Below, piece after piece: positions 36,359 to 43,577 of a stretch of 53,865 bases of DNA. The position numbers and the translations under genes are program-made. The first letter of the stretch is position 1; every line of letters starts with the position of its first letter. This stretch comes from a virus, in IMG/VR virus record IMGVR_UViG_3300029267_001426, positions 1 to 53,865 of that record; one strand, 5' to 3'. The notes beneath the pieces are model-generated. The model saw only the letters and a program-made list of their open reading frames with translations. It was not told the origin of the DNA and did not search any database.

Positions 36359-37522
36359 CAGACAGCCACCTTGGCCAGGACCTGGTCCCTGATCGCCGAT
36401 GCAAGATGGCACATCATAAGGGGGGGGGACTGCCCTGCCCAGCCTTTCCCATCGCTTATTATAGGACCCTGTCAGCTGGAAATCTGCTGGGAAAGAACAG
36501 ATGGCCATCACTTCTGGGATGGTAAACTTGCGCCGCCTGGGGGATGTGGGCTGGCCAGCCTGGTCCTGGTCCCTTTCTATGTATAGATGGCCTGGGCCTG
36601 CCTGCCTGACTGTGGGGGCTGGCCTGCTGGTGAAATCCCCCATGCCCCAGCTGCCCCCTGTGTCCTCGATTGCCCGGACAGTCCCAGCCAGGGCATCAGC
36701 CACAGTATAATAGTAGGGCAAGGGGCTGGGCCAGGCATGGTCCACATCCAGGTCATCCCTGATGCCCTGGAAAAATAGCCTTTCCCTGGACTGGGGGACA
36801 CCCAGCCACTGGGCATCAAGTTTGACCACCTTGACCCTATAGCCGCAATCTTTCAGCAGGGCCAGAATCTGCAAGAAATAACCCTTGGCCTTGCCCCTGA
36901 CCAGCCCTGGGACATTCTCAGCCAAGAATACCTTGGGCCTGATGCCCTTGACCAGCCTGGCATATTCCCAGAACAGGTCATCTGTTCTTTGCTGGGTGTC
37001 AGAATATGCTTTCACCTTGCCCCAGTCCTTTTCCCTGTGGCCAATGACTGAAAAGGACGCACATGGGGGGCTGCCATCCATCAGGTCAAGGTCACCCTGC
37101 CCCAGGCCGATGGCATCAAGGATTTCAGCAGCTGTGACCTGTCTGATGTCCCTGGTGTCAAGGATGCTGCCTGGGTGATTCAGCCTGTAGACCTCTTGGG
37201 CAGCTGGGACAAATTCATTGGCCCATAAGACCTTGAACCCAGCCATGCGCAGGCCGAGACAAGAACCACCAGCCCCAGAAAAGGTGGAAATGGCCCTGAA
37301 CCCATTCCAGGGGACCTGTTCAATGTCTGCCATGCTGGGCAGCTGGTATGGTGGCTTGAATGTCCTGTCTTTTCCAGGCACTATTTCACCCTCTAGCCAA
37401 TAGTGTGATAGATTGTCCCCACAGATGCCCCCAGCCAAGATGGCTGGGCTGGGCTGTCTGTCCAGGTCAAAACGCTCCACCATGGGTGTCATCCCATTGG
37501 GGTTATGGTGACAAAGAATCAT
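34955..37522 (-). CDS. Continuous ORF as assembled: C5-cytosine DNA methyltransferase-like domain fused in frame to the AsnB-like domain
   Basis: There is no stop between the two halves in the given sequence. ATG 37522 is in an ATGA overlap with the ParB-like gene. Alternative starts are 37540 and 37333. The fusion depends on the 9-nt homopolymer at 36420..36428. Confidence 0.6.
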   Translation of the reverse strand: MILCHHNPNGMTPMVERFDLDRQPSPAILAGGICGDNLSHYWLEGEIVPGKDRTFKPPYQLPSMADIEQVPWNGFRAISTFSGAGGSCLGLRMAGFKVLWANEFVPAAQEVYRLNHPGSILDTRDIRQVTAAEILDAIGLGQGDLDLMDGSPPCASFSVIGHREKDWGKVKAYSDTQQRTDDLFWEYARLVKGIRPKVFLAENVPGLVRGKAKGYFLQILALLKDCGYRVKVVKLDAQWLGVPQSRERLFFQGIRDDLDVDHAWPSPLPYYYTVADALAGTVRAIEDTGGSWGMGDFTSRPAPTVRQAGPGHLYIERDQDQAGQPTSPRRRKFTIPEVMAICSFPADFQLTGSYNKRWERLGRAVPPPYDVPSCIGDQGPGPGQGGCLMCGIVGGFRSEKATLQGMAALVHRGPDGQGLVKSGSAFLGATRLAILDPLPRSDQPFHRDGLDLVYNGELWNCAQIKAELLELGHQFRTTGDTEIIAAALNEWGLDALPKFDGMFAMAWSWADGQVFVARDIFGEIPVHISQQQPFCFASEIKALLAMGCHPRSVSWVQPGYVVSAHKDGMIARPFAEIQPGRLPDDLVQASVQVKTLVKDGVLARTLSDVPVCCLISGGIDSSAVLWHLVQHFRDVTAYTAVYNPHSKDLAAARHICGQLGVHLKEIPVPCPGRDDLARVVQIIEMPHKAQVEIGWPCLHLAKAMAQDGFKVTYSGEGSDELWASYGFSYHGVISSGWHAYRRGLFLGQHRKNFARANKAFMAYGVECRLPFLSQGLVQYALGLSRAAVRGPAEHEKEKAVLSLAYRGILPDHICERPKLAFQDGMGIKAAIRNRLPSPARFYRAEFIRAFSGVQA
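36358..37522 (-). CDS. C5-cytosine DNA methyltransferase-like enzyme (predicted carboxymethyltransferase). The stand-alone form needs an 8-nt homopolymer.
   Basis: Motifs: I FSGAGGSCLG, IV SPPCASFS, VI LAENVPG, VIII QSRERLF, IX RKFTIPEVMAICSFPADF and X LGRAVPP. With one C fewer the C terminus reads AVPPLMMCHLASAIRDQVLAKVAV and stops at TGA 36358..36360. Confidence 0.6.
36420..36428. repeat. G9 (C9 on the coding strand) homopolymer inside MTase motif X
   Basis: This is the longest G/C run I saw in the window. It encodes the PPP of GRAVPPP. Confidence 0.9.
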
Positions 37523-38124
37523 CTGGGCTGCCCAGACCATTCATAGCCACAGCTGGGGCATCTGTAGTCTGTTTCCAGTTCATCACCATATTCCTGAAAG
37601 GCCTCTGGGGCCTGGTCCTGTTCAGCCAGCCGCCGAAAAAGGGCCAGGTCATCAGTGTCCACTGTCACAGGCAGCTGGTCTGCTGTGTTCAAGGTTTCCA
37701 AGAACTGGGCATAATTGGCATCATAGACCCTGCTGATGTCCAGCTGGGTGACATCCCCACCAGCCATGACCAGGCTGTTGTGATCGATGCTATAGGCCCA
37801 GGCAGCATGTTCACTGGCAGCATCCACACCAAAGATGACCGGGACTGCCCAGTCATCAGATTCCTGTTCAAGCAAGATGCCCCTGGGCACAGGGTCCCCC
37901 TGGCCTTTCATCCAAGTCAGGGCCTGGATTCTGCCATTGCCAGCCACTATGCCACCCTTGCCACCATTCAGGGTGGGTTCCCACTTGGGTGGGTCCTTGA
38001 ACCCATGCCGCTTGATTGAATCAATTATGGAACCAAGGTCATGCAGTTTGACATTCTGGGCAAACAGCAGGCATGTGGCAAGTGGGACATATTCAAGGCG
38101 CAATTTCTCAGCAGGGCTGGACAA
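37519..38124 (-). CDS. ParB N-terminal (ParB/Srx-like nuclease) domain protein with C-terminal Zn-ribbon
   Basis: LRLEYVPLATCLL...NVKLHDLGSIIDSIKRHGF...VAGNGRIQAL matches the ParB-like fold pattern. TTG start 7 nt after AAAGGA. The C terminus has CPSCGYEW. Confidence 0.7.
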   Translation of the reverse strand: MSSPAEKLRLEYVPLATCLLFAQNVKLHDLGSIIDSIKRHGFKDPPKWEPTLNGGKGGIVAGNGRIQALTWMKGQGDPVPRGILLEQESDDWAVPVIFGVDAASEHAAWAYSIDHNSLVMAGGDVTQLDISRVYDANYAQFLETLNTADQLPVTVDTDDLALFRRLAEQDQAPEAFQEYGDELETDYRCPSCGYEWSGQPR

Positions 38125-38540
38125 GTGGTCATCCTTTCGAGTGTGGCAGCCATCCTGGTCAGATTGACCACTGTGACATGGGCTGTGCCCTTGTATGTGG
38201 CCAGGGCTGTTGGGGCATCAAGAATGATGGGCTGGGTGGGGTCTAGGTCTACTCTGTAGGGTGAATCTGGGCCAAGGTTCCCAGAATCAAGGGCTGTGGC
38301 AAAAAAAGGGGCAGCCCCCTGGGGCAGGGCCAGAATCTTTTCCCGACAAGACCACCAGGTCTGGCCTGGGGGCAGGGCCACCCAGGGCTGGGCTGCCAGC
38401 TGCTGTTCTGTATAGTAGTATGAATGGACCCCATCTGAACAGTATAGGGGATTGCCCCTGTGGGGTTCTAGATCATAGGTGGTTCCCATCCCTGTGACAG
38501 AAAAGATGGCCATCAGGGTCAGGATGATTGATTCCATCAT
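38025..38540 (-). CDS. Secreted protein with DPBB/3D-like (RlpA/MltA-type) cell-wall-binding or lytic domain
   Basis: Signal peptide MMESIILTLMAIFSVTG, then ...VALPPGQ...FFATALDSGNLGP...YRVDL. The 3' end overlaps the ParB-like gene by 100 nt in another frame. The start was chosen at M65 of the track ORF. Confidence 0.45.
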   Translation of the reverse strand: MMESIILTLMAIFSVTGMGTTYDLEPHRGNPLYCSDGVHSYYYTEQQLAAQPWVALPPGQTWWSCREKILALPQGAAPFFATALDSGNLGPDSPYRVDLDPTQPIILDAPTALATYKGTAHVTVVNLTRMAATLERMTTCPALLRNCALNMSHLPHACCLPRMSNCMTLVP

Positions 38541-38832
38541 GTTTGGATACACATCCAAAAAACCCCTTTTCAGTGGGGCCTGGTTCAGGCTGCCACAGGT
38601 GGGGGGGAACCCATGACAATTATGGCCTTGCCCACCATCACCAGGCCCACTTTCCATCTTTGCCGACCAAGACAAAGGACGGAACAAAAAGAAAGGATGG
38701 CAGCCAGCCTGGTGAAAGGTCCCCAGCCGCATCCTGGCATATACACTGCCCAGGCTGGCTGTGTCCCTGGCCCGGTGGTCTGTGGGTGGTCAATCCACGC
38801 CCCCCAGGCTTGCCAGCAGGAAACACAATTTG

Positions 38833-38861
38833 AGTATACCATAACAGCTGGACACTGTCAA
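38833..38861 (-). promoter_or_regulatory. Leftward sigma70-type promoter
   Basis: On the minus strand: TTGACA (38861..38856), a 17-nt spacer, then TATACT (38838..38833). It is divergent from the promoter at 38897. Confidence 0.65.
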
Positions 38862-38896
38862 CAGTCCCCCAGTCCTAGATTGATTATATGACTTGC

Positions 38897-38925
38897 TTGA
38901 CAGGACCATATAACTGTGGTACAAT
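38897..38925 (+). promoter_or_regulatory. Rightward sigma70-type promoter
   Basis: TTGACA (38897..38902), a 17-nt spacer, then TACAAT (38920..38925). It is nearly identical to the element at 41224. Confidence 0.7.
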
Positions 38926-38979
38926 GGGCTTGTCCCAATTGAACAGCCGACCAAGACAGAACCAGAAAGGACCCAGACA

Positions 38980-39840
38980 ATGACATCCCCAGCATTGGCC
39001 CCCAAGATGAACACCATCACAGTCACCCGACAGGCCCAAGTCACCATTGAAACCCCAGTCAATTTCCCCATCACCATTTCTGAACCCCAGCTGACTGAAC
39101 TGGCCACAGCTGCTGCCTTTGCAGCCGTCAAGGACTGCCAGGTCCTGAATGGCCACCAGGGCCAGCCCACAGAACTGTGGCTGACCACCAATGCCCTTGG
39201 CCAGACAGTGGTCAAGGCCAGCTGGTCAGTGGATGTGGACACCATCACAGTCCAAGTGGAAAAAAAGACCTGGGATGGGATGACATCCGAGGAAAGCCAG
39301 GCATTCAGCCGCAGGGTCATAGAACTGATGACCCAGGACCATCCCCTTTTCTGGCCTGCTGACCCCACTGACTGGGGCCTAAAAGTCATCCAGCTGGTCT
39401 GCCAGGCAGCCAGGCAGCTGGGCCAAGCCCACCGGCTGTTCCCCAACCATCACTATTATCAGATGGTGGACAGCATTGGCAAGCATCTGGCTGCCGAGGC
39501 AGCAGACAAGCTGGCATGGGCTGCTGGTGAGATTCCAGCCAGAATCAAAAAAGGTGATGACTGGGTCTGGGATGAATTCATTGCCCAGATGGACTGCCCT
39601 GAAACCCAGCTGACCAAGGCCCAGGAAACCAGGTTCAAGACCACCTTGATCGCCCGACTGAAACAGGACCAGGACCCAGCCACAGTCTGGACCACAGCTG
39701 GCATAGTCCTGGCTGACCTGGTGGCCGAGATTGCCGAGGCCCAAGGCTTGCAAGAATTCATGGCCTATGGTGGCCCCCTGATGGACATTGCCCTGGCCAC
39801 TGTGGACTGGCTTGATTCTTTCTATGGCCCCCAGAACTAG
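38980..39840 (+). CDS. Hypothetical protein (286 aa)
   Basis: AGAAAGGA lies 9 nt before the ATG. This is the first gene after the promoter. Confidence 0.7.
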   Translation: MTSPALAPKMNTITVTRQAQVTIETPVNFPITISEPQLTELATAAAFAAVKDCQVLNGHQGQPTELWLTTNALGQTVVKASWSVDVDTITVQVEKKTWDGMTSEESQAFSRRVIELMTQDHPLFWPADPTDWGLKVIQLVCQAARQLGQAHRLFPNHHYYQMVDSIGKHLAAEAADKLAWAAGEIPARIKKGDDWVWDEFIAQMDCPETQLTKAQETRFKTTLIARLKQDQDPATVWTTAGIVLADLVAEIAEAQGLQEFMAYGGPLMDIALATVDWLDSFYGPQN

Positions 39841-39893
39841 ACAATAACCAGCCGCCAGGCGCGATTCTGAGCGGAGAACAGCAGAAATTCCAA

Positions 39894-39916
39894 GGGCCAG
39901 GCAAGGTTCCTGGCCC
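39894..39916 (+). other. Hairpin GGGCCAGG-7 nt-CCTGGCCC
   Basis: It has the same 8-bp stem sequence as the hairpin at 27037 and lies just upstream of the next RBS. Confidence 0.4.
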
Positions 39917-39931
39917 AGAAAGGCCCCAGAA

Positions 39932-40759
39932 ATGACAGCCATTATGGAAACCAGAAAGACCACCAGCTATACCTTGATCGTCACCATCCCCCTGACCAAG
40001 GCTGAACAGGAAACCCTGAATGATGTCCAGCTGGACACCCTGGCTGTGGCCGAGCTCGAGCGCCACATGCCCCAGGAATTCAGGCACATCCCCTGGACAC
40101 TGGCAGGCCGCGCCCAGGTCTATGAACTGACTGCTGATGAAATGTGGGCCAAGGCTGAATGGTCTGTCCTGGACACTGACCAGATTGACTATGGCCAGCC
40201 CTTTGAACCCAAGCCCCAGGACACCATCAAGAAAGTGGGCCTGGACCTGACCAGGGATGTGGCCATTGGGGACACCATCAGTGTCCCCCTGGGGATGCCC
40301 AAGCCCACTGCCCTGAAAGTGACAGCCCTGTCCTGTTCCCTTGCTGACCGGACCTTTGATGTGGAGGGGACCATAGTCCCAGCCCCTGGTCATAGCTGGG
40401 TTCAGATGCACAGGACAGCCAGGGCCACCCTGGACTGGTATCCTGCCCCTGATGCCACACCAGTCCAGGAATCCACTGACAAGCTGGCCCAAAGGGACAA
40501 GGACACCATGGCCCTGATGCCCCTTTGTGACGACGACATGACCCCAGCCCAGAAACTGGCCTGGAAAGGCATGATCCGCCATCTGGCCACCATAGAGGAT
40601 GTGGGCCTGGACCCCAGAACTGGTGAATATGATGCCACTGCCCTGGTGGAATCTGCTGCCTGGGAATTCCACTGGGACCAGCTGCTGGATGACCCTGACC
40701 ACATAATCTGGACCCTGGCCCTGGATGTGGTCTTTGAAATCGAGGCCAGCAAAGAATAG
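39932..40759 (+). CDS. Hypothetical protein (275 aa)
   Basis: AGAAAGG lies 8 nt before the ATG. The antisense 637-aa track ORF is rejected. Confidence 0.7.
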   Translation: MTAIMETRKTTSYTLIVTIPLTKAEQETLNDVQLDTLAVAELERHMPQEFRHIPWTLAGRAQVYELTADEMWAKAEWSVLDTDQIDYGQPFEPKPQDTIKKVGLDLTRDVAIGDTISVPLGMPKPTALKVTALSCSLADRTFDVEGTIVPAPGHSWVQMHRTARATLDWYPAPDATPVQESTDKLAQRDKDTMALMPLCDDDMTPAQKLAWKGMIRHLATIEDVGLDPRTGEYDATALVESAAWEFHWDQLLDDPDHIIWTLALDVVFEIEASKE

Positions 40760-40792
40760 CAGGCCCCCTGGGCCTAGAAAAGGAACCTGACC

Positions 40793-41170
40793 ATGACCTA
40801 TGAAAGCCATGAACTGACCGATGCTATGAACCAGGCCCAGCTGGCCTATGCCCAAGCTATGTGGGCTTGTGTGGACCACATCAGGGGCCAGCTTGGGATG
40901 CTGTGCAAGCCTGATGGGTCCCCTGACCTGGATGGGGCCAATGCCCTGGATGTGGGCAGGCTGAATGATGGCAGCTGTGACCCTGGGGCTGTGGCTGCTG
41001 AGATTGAAACCCTGCGCGCCAAGCTGGATGCCCTGCTGTCCCTGCTGATAGGGATGCCCCACACCCAGGCTGTGGACTGTGGCCAGTGTGAACTGGCAAT
41101 GATGACCAAGATGACTGCCAGTCAGCCTGGCCAGCCCATGGGTCCCTGGTCCAAGCCCATTGGGTCCTAG
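40793..41170 (+). CDS. Hypothetical protein (125 aa)
   Basis: AGAAAAGGAA lies upstream of the ATG. Confidence 0.65.
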   Translation: MTYESHELTDAMNQAQLAYAQAMWACVDHIRGQLGMLCKPDGSPDLDGANALDVGRLNDGSCDPGAVAAEIETLRAKLDALLSLLIGMPHTQAVDCGQCELAMMTKMTASQPGQPMGPWSKPIGS

Positions 41171-41223
41171 TCCCAAGCCCCACACATGTGGCCCTGTCAG
41201 CCAGGCTGATTCCATAGTCTGGC

Positions 41224-41253
41224 TTGACAGGGCCATATAATGTGTGGTACAAT
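41224..41253 (+). promoter_or_regulatory. Rightward sigma70-type promoter (near copy of 38897 element)
   Basis: TTGACA (41224..41229), an 18-nt spacer, then TACAAT (41248..41253). Confidence 0.65.
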
Positions 41254-41302
41254 GGACCCAGCCGACCAAGCTGAACCAAGACCCAGACAAAGGACAGGCC
41301 CC

Positions 41303-41659
41303 ATGACAGAACTGAACATGCCCCCAGCTGAATTCCTCAGATTGATTGCCACTGCCAGCCAGGGCCTGGATTTCACCAGCCTGGCCAGCAATATGGCCCA
41401 AGCCAGGGACCTGGTCAAGGCCAGGGAACAGGCCACATCCCCTGACCATCCCTTGATGGCCCCTGAATTTGTCCCCTTTTTCCTCTTTCTTGAACAGCTT
41501 GTGGTGTCCTATTATGTGGGCACAGGGTTCGCCCAGCTGCTGACCAGCAAAGCCCCTGAAATCATCAAGGCCCTGGATGCTGAATTCTGCCGGGGCTGCC
41601 ACTATTATGGCCCAGATGGGCAATGCTTTCAATTCAGAACCCCAGCAGACTGCTGCTAG
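41303..41659 (+). CDS. Hypothetical protein (118 aa)
   Basis: ATG 41303 is preceded by AAAGGA. The upstream part of track ORF 41240..41659 overlaps the promoter. Confidence 0.6.
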   Translation: MTELNMPPAEFLRLIATASQGLDFTSLASNMAQARDLVKAREQATSPDHPLMAPEFVPFFLFLEQLVVSYYVGTGFAQLLTSKAPEIIKALDAEFCRGCHYYGPDGQCFQFRTPADCC

Positions 41660-41673
41660 AAAGGACCCCAAGA

Positions 41674-42519
41674 ATGACCACCCAAGACCCGACCCCTGAC
41701 AAGATGGCTGAATTCAAGCCCCTGGCCTATGATTACAAGCCCAAGGACATCAGGGCTTTTGACCTAACCCAGGCCCAGACCTATGATGCCCAAGATGAAA
41801 TCAAGGCAGCCCTGTCATCAGAACATGCCTGGAATTTCAGCCCTGACTATGTGGCCCATCTGAAAAGAATGAAAAAACGCCTTGAACGTTATGCCACAAA
41901 GAAAGGCTGGGGGGCCACCAGGAATGCTGAATCCACCAGGCAGTGGCGCCGAGAAAAATACAGGGCCAAGTGGGGATGTTATCCCGAGGATGACCCCTGG
42001 CAGCCTGGCCAGCCGATGGTCCCAGCTGCTGAACTGGACAGCACAGTCCATAGCTTGCCCCCAGCTGAGACAGGCCCCACCATGGGCAAGTCCACAGCCT
42101 TGACCAATGCCCTGCCCAAGGAAATGGAAATTGACCAGCAGTGGGGACCCATGGACCCGGTCAGCCGCACCGAACAGCCCAGGGCCTTGCCCCTGGCCCA
42201 GGCAGACTGGATGCCCCAGGGTTATGGCCCCAGCCCAGCCCTGGCAGCCCACAGGGCCTGGTGGACTGAACAGGCAATCCGTGAATACACTGGGGCCTGG
42301 GATGGCCAGCAGCTGTGGACCCCATCAGACCTGGTCTGGGAAATGCTGGAAATCCTGCTGGCTGACAGCAAGGCCCAGAATGCCATCCTGAAAGACATCA
42401 GGGTCTATTCCCCAGATGACCCAGGCCCCATTCCCATCTGGCCAGACCAGGAACAGATTCCCCTTGACACTGGGGATGACACTGCTGACAGCACAAGGGC
42501 TGCCAGCTATCACATCTGA
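41674..42519 (+). CDS. Hypothetical protein (281 aa)
   Basis: AGAAAGGA lies 9 nt before ATG 41674. Confidence 0.65.
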   Translation: MTTQDPTPDKMAEFKPLAYDYKPKDIRAFDLTQAQTYDAQDEIKAALSSEHAWNFSPDYVAHLKRMKKRLERYATKKGWGATRNAESTRQWRREKYRAKWGCYPEDDPWQPGQPMVPAAELDSTVHSLPPAETGPTMGKSTALTNALPKEMEIDQQWGPMDPVSRTEQPRALPLAQADWMPQGYGPSPALAAHRAWWTEQAIREYTGAWDGQQLWTPSDLVWEMLEILLADSKAQNAILKDIRVYSPDDPGPIPIWPDQEQIPLDTGDDTADSTRAASYHI

Positions 42520-42532
42520 GAAAGGAAACCCC

Positions 42533-42922
42533 ATGCCCACCATTGATGTCCAGATTAAACCCAAGCTGACCAAGCTATACACTGAACAGCTGGTCCACTA
42601 TGATGAAAGCCTGACTGGCCCTGGCAACATGCGCGGCCTGTGCCACCAGGTCTGGGTCCAGGTCAGACAGTGGTCTGGCCAGGCTGCCCCTGACACTGTC
42701 CTGGAATGCATCGTCCATGTGGATGGTGAAAAGGTCTTTGAAAAGGCCAAGCTGATGCCCAGGGACTGGACCAAGGCCCAATGCATCAGGGAGGGGATCA
42801 AGGTCTTTGACCAGCAGGCTGCCCAGCATCCCTTTTTCTATGCCCAGCCCACTGGCCAGAATGGGACCTGGTCTTTTGACAGCATCTGCCTGGCCCCCAT
42901 TGGGGAGGATGACCAGTCATGA
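42533..42922 (+). CDS. Hypothetical protein (129 aa)
   Basis: GAGAAAGGAA lies 6 nt before ATG 42533. Confidence 0.65.
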   Translation: MPTIDVQIKPKLTKLYTEQLVHYDESLTGPGNMRGLCHQVWVQVRQWSGQAAPDTVLECIVHVDGEKVFEKAKLMPRDWTKAQCIREGIKVFDQQAAQHPFFYAQPTGQNGTWSFDSICLAPIGEDDQS

Positions 42923-43263
42923 TGACCATCAAAGTGAACCCCACAGCCCTGGTGGATGACATCCCCTTTGCTGACCCTGCTGCCAGCTGTGCCAGCTGGG
43001 TGACCCAGGTCAACCAAGAACTGGCAGTCTATGGCCTGACAGCAGCCTTTCAGATGGCCTGGGATGGGGCCTTTGTTTGGCAGATTGCCCAGCCAGCCAA
43101 TGAAAAGGACCTGGCTGAAATCACAGACTGGGACCCTGAATTCATGGTGGACAGCCTGCTGGACAAGGTCACTGATGAATACACTGACAGCTGGCTGGTC
43201 ATCCAGGACCCTGAATTCTTTGTGTCAGATGTCCCAGACCACATGCGCCGGGCTGACCTATAA
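42919..43263 (+). CDS. Hypothetical protein (114 aa)
   Basis: ATGA overlap with the upstream gene. Confidence 0.6.
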   Translation: MMTIKVNPTALVDDIPFADPAASCASWVTQVNQELAVYGLTAAFQMAWDGAFVWQIAQPANEKDLAEITDWDPEFMVDSLLDKVTDEYTDSWLVIQDPEFFVSDVPDHMRRADL

Positions 43264-43574
43264 TGCCAGCCCCCAAGTATTCTGCCAGACCAGACACGAA
43301 CCAGCCAGAAATAGTGGCAGCCCTGACAGCCCTGGGCTTTCTGGTTCTGGTGGTAGGGGGCAAGCTGGGTGTCACTCCGGACATTCTGGTCTGGGGTTAC
43401 AATGCCAGAACCCAGCAGCATGAATGGACTGCCTGGGAAATCAAGACAGCCACTGGCAAGCTGTCACCAGCCCAGAAACATTTCATGAACGTCCTATGGC
43501 CAGGGGCAGTCAAGCTGACCAGGTCACTGGACACCATTCTGGCCTACTATGGCCAGGGAACACAAGGAGCATAG
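43263..43574 (+). CDS. VRR-NUC / PD-(D/E)xK nuclease (resolvase-like)
   Basis: 103 aa with GVTPDILVWG...WEIKTATGKLSPAQ, matching the D...E-x-K pattern of VRR-NUC proteins. TAATG overlap with the upstream gene. Confidence 0.6.
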   Translation: MPAPKYSARPDTNQPEIVAALTALGFLVLVVGGKLGVTPDILVWGYNARTQQHEWTAWEIKTATGKLSPAQKHFMNVLWPGAVKLTRSLDTILAYYGQGTQGA

Positions 43575-43577
43575 AAC

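Noticed and set aside
38585-38842. Small minus-strand ORFs (85 and 62 aa), and the plus-strand ORF 38613..38891, in the 290-nt leader of the leftward operon
   Set aside because: They start upstream of, or right at, the predicted transcription start. They have no RBS at a workable distance and implausible composition. The region is treated as a 5' leader, and a small RNA cannot be excluded.
39758-41671. 637-aa minus-strand ORF, the longest in the right-hand block
   Set aside because: It is antisense to four plus-strand genes that each have an AGAAAGGA RBS. It spans the plus-strand promoter at 41224 and has Gly/His/Gln/Pro-rich nonsense-like composition.
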